Source: a virus
Lineage: Duplodnaviria; Caudoviricetes
Length of the DNA: 34,940 nt
Strand: one strand, 5' to 3'
IMG/VR virus record: IMGVR_UViG_3300030451_004344
Coordinates: 1 to 34,940 of that record
A program made the position numbers and the translations under genes. Within the stretch, counting starts at the first letter, position 1. Every line of letters begins with the position of its first letter. Below the pieces are notes generated by a model. The model worked only from the letters and a program-made list of their open reading frames with translations, was not told the origin of the DNA and did not search any database. Shown one piece after another: positions 1-7,203 of this stretch.

Positions 1-87
1 CTAATGGTAATGTTGAAAAATTGTATGAAATCGCTAACAAACGGGAGGAGGCATAAGCCTCTTCCAGAAAGGAGAATCAAATGAAAA
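1..87 (+). repeat. Left cassette flank, copy 1 (matches 34376-34462); contains the 3' end of the upstream gene, a hairpin and an RBS
   Basis: Positions 1-78 identical to 34376-34453, one mismatch (A79/G34454), then AATGAAAA shared. Confidence 0.97.
44..83 (+). promoter_or_regulatory. Hairpin + RBS element (GGAGGAGGC-ATAA-GCCTCTTCC-AGAAAGGAGAATCAAATG)
   Basis: 9-bp stem with the upstream TAA in the loop; variant at 34110-34149 shows a compensatory A-T/T-A change. Confidence 0.75.
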
Positions 88-545
88 ATAATAATATTAA
101 AGTTTATAGTAACAAGGATTATGTAAAGTTTCATAATACAAAGGCTGATGTTGTAACAAGGGTATGTCTAAAGACCGGTAAAATTAATATTTATCACCCT
201 TATGGTAGGTCAGTAATGACAAAAACACATTCAGAATTGCATTATACTGACATCGAATGTAATGGAGATAGAATGATAACAATAACTGATTCATTGCATA
301 TAGATGAGGTTACAAGTGGTCCAGAGCAAGAAGAAGATTCATATGTAGATACTCTATATGTAGATGAGGGTGCAGATGATACAACTGGACTATTCACTGT
401 ATACACAGAGAAAGATGCTCTCAAACTTATCAGAGATTTGATGAGTGAGGATGAGCATTTACCAGAGTATTACAAAAAAGGTGATTGCTCTGACGATGAT
501 GCTTTTGAGTATGCATCAAATCATTACTCTATATATCGGAAATAG
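81..545 (+). CDS. Hypothetical early protein with acidic C-terminal half (cassette allele A)
   Basis: 154-aa ORF with strong AAAGGAG RBS; no recognisable motif. Confidence 0.8.
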   Translation: MKNNNIKVYSNKDYVKFHNTKADVVTRVCLKTGKINIYHPYGRSVMTKTHSELHYTDIECNGDRMITITDSLHIDEVTSGPEQEEDSYVDTLYVDEGADDTTGLFTVYTEKDALKLIRDLMSEDEHLPEYYKKGDCSDDDAFEYASNHYSIYRK

Positions 546-685
546 TCGAAACCCCTTCGGGGGTCTGCAAGGATTGGTCACCTTGTACTGATGAGACAGA
601 CCGACAATTTAAATAGGAGAATCAAAATGTCAGAACGATGCGAAGAAATATACGATTACTTGGTTGACTTTGGTATAGCAACCGA
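540..685 (+). repeat. Right cassette flank, copy 1 (matches 34795-34940)
   Basis: 146 bp with one mismatch (T608/C34863). Confidence 0.97.
545..604 (+). ncRNA. Type II hammerhead ribozyme with loop I pseudoknot; predicted cleavage after C565
   Basis: Stem II GUC(545-547)/GAC(595-597); GAAA 548-551; stem III CCCC-UUCG-GGGG; GUC triplet 563-565; stem I UGCAAGG/CCUUGUA; CUGAUGA 588-594; loop UUGGUC (574-579) complementary to GACCGA (599-604). Confidence 0.93.
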
Positions 686-815
686 GAAAGAGATTAGTCT
701 TGTAACCTCTATCAATGGGACTAATGAAGATAGCCTTAACGCTATACTCTATAGTAGAACCGGATATAGAAGTGTTGAACAGTTACAAGAATGTGAACCT
801 TTTTTAGAATGTTAG
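627..815 (+). CDS. Small acidic hypothetical early protein (62 aa)
   Basis: ATG 627 follows TAGGAGAATCAAA; the track start at 591 lies inside the ribozyme core. Confidence 0.8.
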   Translation: MSERCEEIYDYLVDFGIATEKEISLVTSINGTNEDSLNAILYSRTGYRSVEQLQECEPFLEC

Positions 816-826
816 GAGAATCGATA

Positions 827-1057
827 ATGACTTATTGTGATAACTGGAGAGTGTGTGATAATTGTGAGAGCCCATTTCAAGAGGGTTGGACTATAGGTGA
901 AACAAATTATTACTGCTCTGAAAAATGTATGGATAGCCACGGGATAGTAACATATAAGCAGTTCTTGGAGAGCTATGCTGATGAAGGTGACTCGTATTGG
1001 TCATCTTGGGCAGACCAAGAAGAGTGTACTACCGGATGTTGTGAGGAGGTAGAGTAA
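827..1057 (+). CDS. Cys-rich acidic hypothetical protein (CxxC...CSxxC, probably Zn-binding)
   Basis: AGGAGAATC RBS before ATG 827; CDNC and CSEKC motifs. Confidence 0.75.
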   Translation: MTYCDNWRVCDNCESPFQEGWTIGETNYYCSEKCMDSHGIVTYKQFLESYADEGDSYWSSWADQEECTTGCCEEVE

Positions 1058-1245
1058 TGATTTGTGTATGTGGTAGTGAATTATGCGATTCATATTGGGA
1101 TACCGATGGAATCGAATGGGAAAGTTATACTTGTAAAAATGAAAAATGTGAGCGTGTCTATAGAGTAGATATTACCAGAAATAGTGATGATTTGGATCTT
1201 GACATTGATAGACATTGGAACACAATAACAGAGGAGATAAAGTAA
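1057..1245 (+). CDS. Small zinc-ribbon-like hypothetical protein
   Basis: CVC...CKNEKC; TAATG coupling; GGAGG RBS. Confidence 0.75.
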   Translation: MICVCGSELCDSYWDTDGIEWESYTCKNEKCERVYRVDITRNSDDLDLDIDRHWNTITEEIK

Positions 1246-1400
1246 TGGAGAAACTAGAAATCCCAATTTGCCTTTATGATGATGGTAAGTATCAAACTGA
1301 ACCCCAATATGACTTTGAACAAATGTCTAACGATTTAGAGGATATTGTACTTGATAAACTTGGTAAGGATATTTGTGTTGTGATAAAGGAGATAGAGTAA
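1245..1400 (+). CDS. Small acidic hypothetical protein (51 aa)
   Basis: GAGGAG RBS and TAATG coupling at both ends. Confidence 0.7.
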   Translation: MEKLEIPICLYDDGKYQTEPQYDFEQMSNDLEDIVLDKLGKDICVVIKEIE

Positions 1401-1645
1401 TGGTAGAAATAGTTGATTTGCCTCAAGATGCTTGTGTAATTTCTGATGTGGATTCAGTACAATTAAAGAAGTTACGTAAGGACTTGGGGTTTAACCAAGA
1501 ACAGATGGCCAAGGCTTTAGGTCTTTCTGGTAAGCATTATATTTCAATGCTAGAGAGTGGTAAGTATAAGTTTACACCATCTGTTACGAAGTGTATGGAG
1601 TATATTAGAGTCCTATTAGAATTAGGACATAGAATCAATCTGTAG
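1400..1645 (+). CDS. XRE/Cro-family helix-turn-helix regulator
   Basis: LKKLRKDLGFNQEQMAKALGLSGKHYISMLESGK is a typical HTH_3 pattern; AAGGAG RBS and TAATG start at 1400. Confidence 0.88.
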   Translation: MVEIVDLPQDACVISDVDSVQLKKLRKDLGFNQEQMAKALGLSGKHYISMLESGKYKFTPSVTKCMEYIRVLLELGHRINL

Positions 1646-1653
1646 TTCTTCCA

Positions 1654-1675
1654 GATGAGCTTTCTTTAGCTCGTC
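1654..1675. terminator. Hairpin between convergent operons, possible terminator
   Basis: GATGAGCT-TTCTTT-AGCTCGTC; no clear U-tract. Confidence 0.4.
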
Positions 1676-1689
1676 GCTAACCGATGACC

Positions 1690-2082
1690 TTATGTTATGG
1701 GTTGGTTACTCTCAATCATACTTAAAGCTCTTTCAAGGGGATACTCGTGGAAGAGCTTTTTGTTTATAGTCATCTTCCAAAGATTGACCTCGCTTATATG
1801 AAACCAAGCTACCTTTTTACCATCCAGCCAGACCAATGCAAATAGGTCTACATCTTCAAAGTATGGAGAATTTTTCGTGTTTCTTTTTGATACTGCAAAT
1901 CTAATTGTCTCCAGATTAGTAGTGTAATTAGATGCCTTTACTTGAACCTTACGTAGCTTTCCATAATCTAGTACCAAATCATACGGGGCATCATCAGATG
2001 TCATATAGCATCTTATCCCATTAATGAATGCATCACCACAAGCGAAGTGCTCACCAGAGGTTCCTTGCATTCTAGCATTCAT
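1690..2082 (-). CDS. PD-(D/E)XK endonuclease (group I intron-associated type)
   Basis: GTSGE...PYDLVLD...KVQVK...VDLFALV motifs. Confidence 0.8.
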   Translation of the reverse strand: MNARMQGTSGEHFACGDAFINGIRCYMTSDDAPYDLVLDYGKLRKVQVKASNYTTNLETIRFAVSKRNTKNSPYFEDVDLFALVWLDGKKVAWFHISEVNLWKMTINKKLFHEYPLERALSMIESNQPIT

Positions 2083-2287
2083 TTTCTCTCACTATATCCT
2101 CTATCCTACTAGATGATAAATGATACTCTTTACCTATTAGGTCTAGTCGTTTTCGGTAAGTTAATTCAGTGTGCATTTTTAATGCATACCACATAGTGCA
2201 TATCTCTGCATTCCTAATAGCATCATCAATCAATTCACCGATGCGAGATTGTTGTAGATTTAGGCCATTGTATTTTGCTCTACTCAT
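2072..2287 (-). CDS. Hypothetical protein, possible HTH
   Basis: In-operon ORF; C-terminal LIGKEYHLSSSRIEDIV resembles an HTH. Confidence 0.6.
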   Translation of the reverse strand: MSRAKYNGLNLQQSRIGELIDDAIRNAEICTMWYALKMHTELTYRKRLDLIGKEYHLSSSRIEDIVRENEC

Positions 2288-2288
2288 A

Positions 2289-2612
2289 TTACTCCCAAGC
2301 TAAAAATGATGGTGTGTTTTCACCTAGATGAGTCCCACGGGTATTGTAATCAAAGTAATCCCAAGCATCTTCTTCTGACATATCTTTTTTAAGTATCTCA
2401 ATACATTCTTCGGTTGAATAAAGTGCAGTGTAATTATGGCTCGTGGATATTATACCAATCAATGCATCTTCGTATTCTGGATATACAATTGCATCTGGAT
2501 TTAATTCGGACAACTCCTCCAGAATTTCCTTTGCACGTCTCTTATGATTTAAATCTTGAATTGCGATGCGATATTCTTCAGATTTTGGGTCAATTGCTTT
2601 GCATTTACTCAT
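2289..2612 (-). CDS. Conserved phage hypothetical protein
   Basis: In-operon ORF with RBS; DALIG...MSEEDAWDYFDYN..G...GENTP pattern recalled from phage proteins. Confidence 0.7.
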   Translation of the reverse strand: MSKCKAIDPKSEEYRIAIQDLNHKRRAKEILEELSELNPDAIVYPEYEDALIGIISTSHNYTALYSTEECIEILKKDMSEEDAWDYFDYNTRGTHLGENTPSFLAWE

Positions 2613-3091
2613 ATCTCCTCCAAATTAGTGAACTCTTCCCAAATGGTTTTCATACATTCTTTAGGTGTAAGGTGACCCTCTTTGAGAGCCTTTGATTTCT
2701 TTTTGTAGAACGATTCTAACTTTAATCGGTAGTCAACATTGTCAAGTGGTGTACCTTTGATGGTAGGGTTTCGTGTAGCAAATGTTTCTAGTTTAACTGA
2801 TGTACCAGCACCCCAGAGCTCATCAATCTGGTCGTTCATAGGTTTGTTTATTCCCATCCCCCATTTGTTATGACAACCACGACATTGAGCTATTGAATTA
2901 CGCTCATCCCATCTTAAAAATAAATTGTTTCTGGATACTTTGTGAGACCAGTCAAGAGTGTTACTTATAGTGGATAGCTTATGACATCCACACGTCCTAC
3001 ATCGGTCTTCATCACGGAGTTTAATATATTCTCGGACTGCATTGTCCAAGCGAACTTTCATACGTTTTTTGGTCGGTTTATTTCTTCCCAA
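2609..3091 (-). CDS. NinG/Rap-like HNH recombination nuclease
   Basis: YIKLRD..CRTCG...DWSH..SR....RWDERN..AQCRGCH matches the NinG pattern. Confidence 0.8.
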   Translation of the reverse strand: MGRNKPTKKRMKVRLDNAVREYIKLRDEDRCRTCGCHKLSTISNTLDWSHKVSRNNLFLRWDERNSIAQCRGCHNKWGMGINKPMNDQIDELWGAGTSVKLETFATRNPTIKGTPLDNVDYRLKLESFYKKKSKALKEGHLTPKECMKTIWEEFTNLEEI

Positions 3092-3275
3092 AAATCTTAT
3101 TCAATCGTTTGGTGATTGCTGGACTGCTCCATCCCGGTAATCTGTTTTTATCACCTTTACCGGCTTGTCGATGTTTCTCCCATCCATCAACATATCTGGA
3201 GTCTTTAGGTTTGCACGACTTTTTAGCTTGTCGTTTAGCATTTTCTTCTTTTTTATGTACTAATTCATCATTCAA
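3078..3275 (-). CDS. Small basic hypothetical protein
   Basis: In-operon ORF; AGKGDKNR motif; start uncertain (TTG). Confidence 0.6.
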   Translation of the reverse strand: MNDELVHKKEENAKRQAKKSCKPKDSRYVDGWEKHRQAGKGDKNRLPGWSSPAITKRLNKIFGKK

Positions 3276-3390
3276 TCATAGACTCGGTTTCTCCCTTTTC
3301 TTTTATTAACTCTAGCTCATTTTTGTAAAACTTAATCTGTCTTTCCAGACCTTCGATTATTTCATTTAATGTTTTTTCCATTGTAGTCAT
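3268..3390 (-). CDS. 40-aa coiled-coil peptide (not in ORF track)
   Basis: Manual translation MTTMEKTLNEIIEGLERQIKFYKNELELIKEKGETESMIE; AGGA RBS; fills an operon gap. Confidence 0.6.
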   Translation of the reverse strand: MTTMEKTLNEIIEGLERQIKFYKNELELIKEKGETESMIE

Positions 3391-3407
3391 ATTATCCTAA
3401 AATTTTA

Positions 3408-3430
3408 AGGGGAGACCTCATATCTCCCCT
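3408..3430 (-). terminator. Intergenic hairpin, possible weak terminator or processing site
   Basis: AGGGGAGA/TCTCCCCT inverted repeat. Confidence 0.4.
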
Positions 3431-3436
3431 ATGTAA

Positions 3437-3553
3437 TTATTTAGTGGTCAGCCAAATAATCACTTGAAAGCATAGCAAATAAATAAACAGAGATAGTACC
3501 AACATACCAATCCATACAAAAATATTAATCAGAATCTGCTTTATTAAATTCAA
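3437..3553 (-). CDS. 38-aa hydrophobic membrane peptide (not in ORF track)
   Basis: Manual translation from TTG: MNLIKQILINIFVWIGMLVLSLFIYLLCFQVIIWLTTK; AAGGA upstream. Confidence 0.5.
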   Translation of the reverse strand: MNLIKQILINIFVWIGMLVLSLFIYLLCFQVIIWLTTK

Positions 3554-3719
3554 TCTCTATTTCCTTCTTAAATTTGTCCACTACATCTGGGACAAAGTGA
3601 CTGAAAGCCTCAATCGCAGACAAGGCCATCTTAAATAATTTTTTATACAATTCTAATCGTTTCTGGAGGAGTTTTACTTGCTCCCCCAGATTTCGATTCT
3701 CATTAACAAGGTGTTCCAT
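3525..3719 (-). CDS. Coiled-coil hypothetical protein
   Basis: TAATG-coupled to the upstream gene. Confidence 0.65.
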   Translation of the reverse strand: MEHLVNENRNLGEQVKLLQKRLELYKKLFKMALSAIEAFSHFVPDVVDKFKKEIEIEFNKADSD

Positions 3720-4087
3720 TAGAATGGAATATCTACATCCGATGTTGTAGTTTTCTTTGGTGCTTGACCGAACTGAATCATATTCCCGTTGCTATCGTAA
3801 GGTTTATAATCCGGTTTATCCGGGTCGTAGTGATTAGCAACCAGCTCATTTAATGTCTCTCTGTGCTCTGTTGGAAACCACACTATATCTTCATACTTGA
3901 TAGTGTCACCATTCTTATTAACATAAGGCTTGTTTAACTCTTTGCTTGGAGAAACAACAAATATGCCGTTAGCACCATCAATTACCTTACATTCTTTGAT
4001 ACCGAATCCATCCACCTCAACCGTACACGTTGCTTTAACTTTTGGGGATTGAGTCCAGTTTACGTTAGTCATTTGAGTTATCTTCAT
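3719..4087 (-). CDS. SpoVG-like nucleic-acid-binding protein with SSB-type acidic tail (probable phage SSB)
   Basis: KATCTVEVDGFGIKECKVIDGANGIFVVSPSK...YEDIVWF resembles SpoVG; ends in SDVDIPF. Confidence 0.75.
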   Translation of the reverse strand: MKITQMTNVNWTQSPKVKATCTVEVDGFGIKECKVIDGANGIFVVSPSKELNKPYVNKNGDTIKYEDIVWFPTEHRETLNELVANHYDPDKPDYKPYDSNGNMIQFGQAPKKTTTSDVDIPF

Positions 4088-4097
4088 TTACGTTCCT

Positions 4098-4412
4098 TTA
4101 TTTACGCTTTTTTGTTTCTATTAAAGCAGACAACAACATAAGATAGGCTACTGAATCGTGTATCCGACCTTGTACATCCTCTCTTTGTGAATCGTGACCA
4201 CAACAGAATGCACCGATGCCGTCAATATGCTTTAGTAAGTAAGTTAAAATTGCTTTCTCTGGTGATGATTCGGTTTGTATTGCTACTCGCTCAAAGTTTG
4301 CGAATACATTGTCCTCATCACGTGCATACTCTTTCTGTCCAGAGTTTCTAACCTTTTCAATCTCTGGTATGAATACCCTCTCGATAAAATGTTTCATCTC
4401 ATTGTGTGTCAT
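4098..4412 (-). CDS. Nucleotide-modification-associated / DUF1599-like all-helical protein
   Basis: KEYA...FANFERVA...KHIDGI...RIHDSVAYLMLL pattern. Confidence 0.6.
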   Translation of the reverse strand: MTHNEMKHFIERVFIPEIEKVRNSGQKEYARDEDNVFANFERVAIQTESSPEKAILTYLLKHIDGIGAFCCGHDSQREDVQGRIHDSVAYLMLLSALIETKKRK

Positions 4413-4861
4413 TGATTCTCCTTAAATACATTGTTTATATGTTTGAATTTTGTTGATGGTATCTTCTCTACTACCTTTATGTCATATTGGTTACGAGTCT
4501 TTGTAGTTCTTCCCCCGTATTCTATCTCGAATACTTGTCCAGTGACCTCATACACAAAAGTCCCATCGAGATATGTAATTACCAGATAAGATGATTGATT
4601 AGAGCCTTCTTTATGTTCCCTTAATTTTTTCATCTTATTATGATCTATAACTATGTACTCATACTGGTCACTTTTTATTTGTCTATGCTTATATTCAACA
4701 AACCCAATTACATCCTTACCATCTACCATTATAAAATCTATCGGTGCAAATTTAGATGGGTACTCGATAAGTTGTTGTTTATACTTATGATTAAACATCT
4801 GCATAAACATCTCTTGGTCTGCTTTACCTTGCATCCAATCTTTATTAGTCGAGTTCGTCAA
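4409..4861 (-). CDS. PD-(D/E)XK-fold nuclease-like protein
   Basis: PIDF...FVEYKHR motif. Confidence 0.7.
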   Translation of the reverse strand: MTNSTNKDWMQGKADQEMFMQMFNHKYKQQLIEYPSKFAPIDFIMVDGKDVIGFVEYKHRQIKSDQYEYIVIDHNKMKKLREHKEGSNQSSYLVITYLDGTFVYEVTGQVFEIEYGGRTTKTRNQYDIKVVEKIPSTKFKHINNVFKENQ

Positions 4862-5030
4862 GATGTTTTTTCCCTACTATCGCTTTTGCACACTTCAAAC
4901 ATATTCTTTCTGATACGACACTCCCAGGATTGATATACATATCCATCCATCGATACCACGTTGTGTTTGATGATTGACCACAAGATAAACACTTATTTAC
5001 TCCCTTTTTGAGCTTTATCATTCTCTTCAT
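4845..5030 (-). CDS. Small zinc-finger protein
   Basis: CLSC...CLKC. Confidence 0.65.
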   Translation of the reverse strand: MKRMIKLKKGVNKCLSCGQSSNTTWYRWMDMYINPGSVVSERICLKCAKAIVGKKHLDELD

Positions 5031-5157
5031 AGCTATGGATTCTTTCGTTTAACCTTGCTATTTCTTTTTGAGCCATCTCTAATTGATTGATTGTATAAAC
5101 CAGTCTAGACTCTATCTCATCTATATATTGTTTGTCGATTATTGTCATATTGCTCAT
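4993..5157 (-). CDS. 54-aa coiled-coil protein (not in ORF track)
   Basis: Manual translation MSNMTIIDKQYIDEIESRLVYTINQLEMAQKEIARLNERIHSYEENDKAQKGSK; ATGA overlap with the upstream gene. Confidence 0.6.
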   Translation of the reverse strand: MSNMTIIDKQYIDEIESRLVYTINQLEMAQKEIARLNERIHSYEENDKAQKGSK

Positions 5158-5354
5158 TTTGAATCGTTCTTTTTTTTTAAGCGTAACTGGATAAGCCTTC
5201 TTCGTGTTGCATTTATAAGGTTTTCAGTAATAACTACTCCAGCAAACTGATAACCTTCTTCGTAAGTTGATCCACCTACACCTATCTTGAGGTACCTCTC
5301 CAATTGATATTCATAGAATGCAATTAAAGAGCTTGGCCCTCCAAAACTAGCCAT
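5154..5354 (-). CDS. Hypothetical protein
   Basis: Abuts the initiator gene within the operon. Confidence 0.65.
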   Translation of the reverse strand: MASFGGPSSLIAFYEYQLERYLKIGVGGSTYEEGYQFAGVVITENLINATRRRLIQLRLKKKNDSK

Positions 5355-6140
5355 CTATGCGACCTTTTTTTTTAGTTTAAGAGCCATTGCTTTTAAGTCT
5401 GGTACGTAACCTTCAGACTCTTCACTAGCTTTTTTAACTTGCTCTCTGTAACGAGCCTCACGTGCCTTACGAGCCTTCTCATTACGCTCAATTCTTTCTA
5501 ACTCAAGTTCTTCTTTAGACTTTTGTTTTTTGATAATCTCATCATTATAAACCTCATTCCTTAAATACCTTACCGGGTCTGGCCTATAAGTTTTATCTGG
5601 TTTAGCTTGTACAAACTCTTTAGTATGAGATAATATTTTTGAATGTAGGTCTGGAGATATTTTTAACCACTGCACAATAGCTTGTTTCTTTGTAGTTTTT
5701 TTGTTGTATAACGAATACCATTCCTCAAACACACTCAAGTGTTTTTTATTAATATCTTTATTAACTTCTTTATTAATGGTAGAAGAGTTCTTCGTGGGGG
5801 TCTTTGTCACTACAGCTTTGGGGTATGGAAGACTACTTCCACGGGGTCTTAATATCCTATGTTTAATAGATTTAGTACCTTCTTCATACTCATAACTCAA
5901 ACTTACAAAACCTTTCTTTACTAGAGCAGAAATAGTTGTAGATACTTGTCTTTTGGATATTTGAAAAAAATCAGAAAAATATTTGTTGGTAGCAAAACAT
6001 CCTTTATCACCATCCAACATATAAATCTTATAAAGCATCAATGTCTGGTTGGCCTCTAAACGCTTTGTCTGTCCTTTTTCATTTTTATACGTTAATGAAA
6101 AGGCATCAATTGGTATCCATACTCCATCATTCTTTTTCAT
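5355..6140 (-). CDS. Phage replication initiator (N-terminal winged HTH)
   Basis: GCFATNKYFSDFFQISKRQVSTTISALVKKGFV HTH, low-complexity linker, C-terminal FEEWYSLY..K..KK.A...W...P.RYLRNE.YNDE typical of phage replisome organisers. Confidence 0.85.
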   Translation of the reverse strand: MKKNDGVWIPIDAFSLTYKNEKGQTKRLEANQTLMLYKIYMLDGDKGCFATNKYFSDFFQISKRQVSTTISALVKKGFVSLSYEYEEGTKSIKHRILRPRGSSLPYPKAVVTKTPTKNSSTINKEVNKDINKKHLSVFEEWYSLYNKKTTKKQAIVQWLKISPDLHSKILSHTKEFVQAKPDKTYRPDPVRYLRNEVYNDEIIKKQKSKEELELERIERNEKARKAREARYREQVKKASEESEGYVPDLKAMALKLKKKVA

Positions 6141-6142
6141 AA

Positions 6143-6409
6143 CTATACCCCTTGGTATTTAACGAGTTCACTTGCCCTCTCTGCTGTACAACGTGGGCAA
6201 TTTTTATGTTCTTTCCCTATTCGGGGAATATGTTTTCCATAATAAAAAGTCCTATAAGTACGTATTGAATTAATATAACTGTGCTCATAGGTTTGTTCGC
6301 ATACTTCACAATACTTAATCAGATCATCAGTTTTCTCTGTATGGAAGTTTGTTTCTGTTGTAAGAATATTTGAAAAATATGTTTTGTATGCTGATTTCCA
6401 ATCGCTCAT
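6143..6409 (-). CDS. Zinc-finger hypothetical protein
   Basis: CEVC...CPRC. Confidence 0.65.
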   Translation of the reverse strand: MSDWKSAYKTYFSNILTTETNFHTEKTDDLIKYCEVCEQTYEHSYINSIRTYRTFYYGKHIPRIGKEHKNCPRCTAERASELVKYQGV

Positions 6410-7203
6410 ATATCTAACCTAAATGTATCGGCCAAAGGTGTACGCTGACGTGGCTTACCTAGACCGGTTTCAAAACCTTTATAAAAACGCTTAAACATTT
6501 TATACGTATCACGTACCAACTCTTCATCATATTGATATTCATATGTTTTTTGAACAGATGAGGGTGGTGTATTACGTGTATAATCTTTCTTCGCCCAGAT
6601 GATACCAAGCCTATCAATCTTTCTGTCTTGTGTAGCATCCCATAGCATTTTATAAATTGACAATTGACACTGCATAGATGGTTGATTTTCAACAACTTTA
6701 GATGTTTTGATATCCAACATCCAAAGCTCACCATCTATCTCTGCTACCATATCACATCTACCAGCAAACGGGAACTTGTAGTTCTTTCCTTTTTTGGCTA
6801 ATGAATGCAGTAATTTTTCTGTAACAACAACCTTTGGTTTGTGCAGATTATGCCAAGCTACATAAGATGCTAGTGCTTTCTTGATCTCCACAGATGCTTT
6901 GTAAGTTGGGTAATATCCTTTGCCCTTTATATGGTCCAGAGGATTTGGAGATATCTTAATCTGCTCACCATCTAACATCTTCTCTATACAATCGTGAACG
7001 AATGTACCAACCTCACTAGCTTGACCATTATATTTAGTATGCCTATCATAATCACCTTGTGATTGCTCTATATACCACTTTAAAAGAAATGGTGCAGTAG
7101 GCATTCCATATGCTGGAATGGTTGAAACAGAGGGAAAATAAACTCCCTCTGCAACCTCGTATACTCGCCCATAAGTAGTATCCGGGACTATCCGTGGGTA
7201 CAT
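6406..7203 (-). CDS. PD-(D/E)XK (RecB/Cas4-like) exonuclease, probable annealase partner
   Basis: PSVSTI, GTFVHDCIE, FAGRCDMV, LDIKTS and QLSIY motifs. Confidence 0.88.
   Translation of the reverse strand: MYPRIVPDTTYGRVYEVAEGVYFPSVSTIPAYGMPTAPFLLKWYIEQSQGDYDRHTKYNGQASEVGTFVHDCIEKMLDGEQIKISPNPLDHIKGKGYYPTYKASVEIKKALASYVAWHNLHKPKVVVTEKLLHSLAKKGKNYKFPFAGRCDMVAEIDGELWMLDIKTSKVVENQPSMQCQLSIYKMLWDATQDRKIDRLGIIWAKKDYTRNTPPSSVQKTYEYQYDEELVRDTYKMFKRFYKGFETGLGKPRQRTPLADTFRLDI

Noticed and set aside
591-626. ORF-track starts at 591, 809, 1215, 1373, 33700, 23063 and 30360
   Set aside because: Downstream ATGs have clear RBSs or stop-start overlaps; 591 lies in the ribozyme core.
1-685. Simple direct terminal repeat or ordinary circular overlap
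   Set aside because: The ends share two separate blocks with different offsets (34375 and 34255) around non-homologous genes, which a plain terminal repeat cannot produce.
1646-1690. Second hammerhead (CAGATGA and CCGATGA near a hairpin)
   Set aside because: The core deviates from CUGAUGA, with no GAAA after the stem and no stems I/III.
6406-7203. CRISPR-associated Cas4
   Set aside because: No Fe-S cysteine cluster pattern or cas context; adjacency to Sak indicates a recombination exonuclease.
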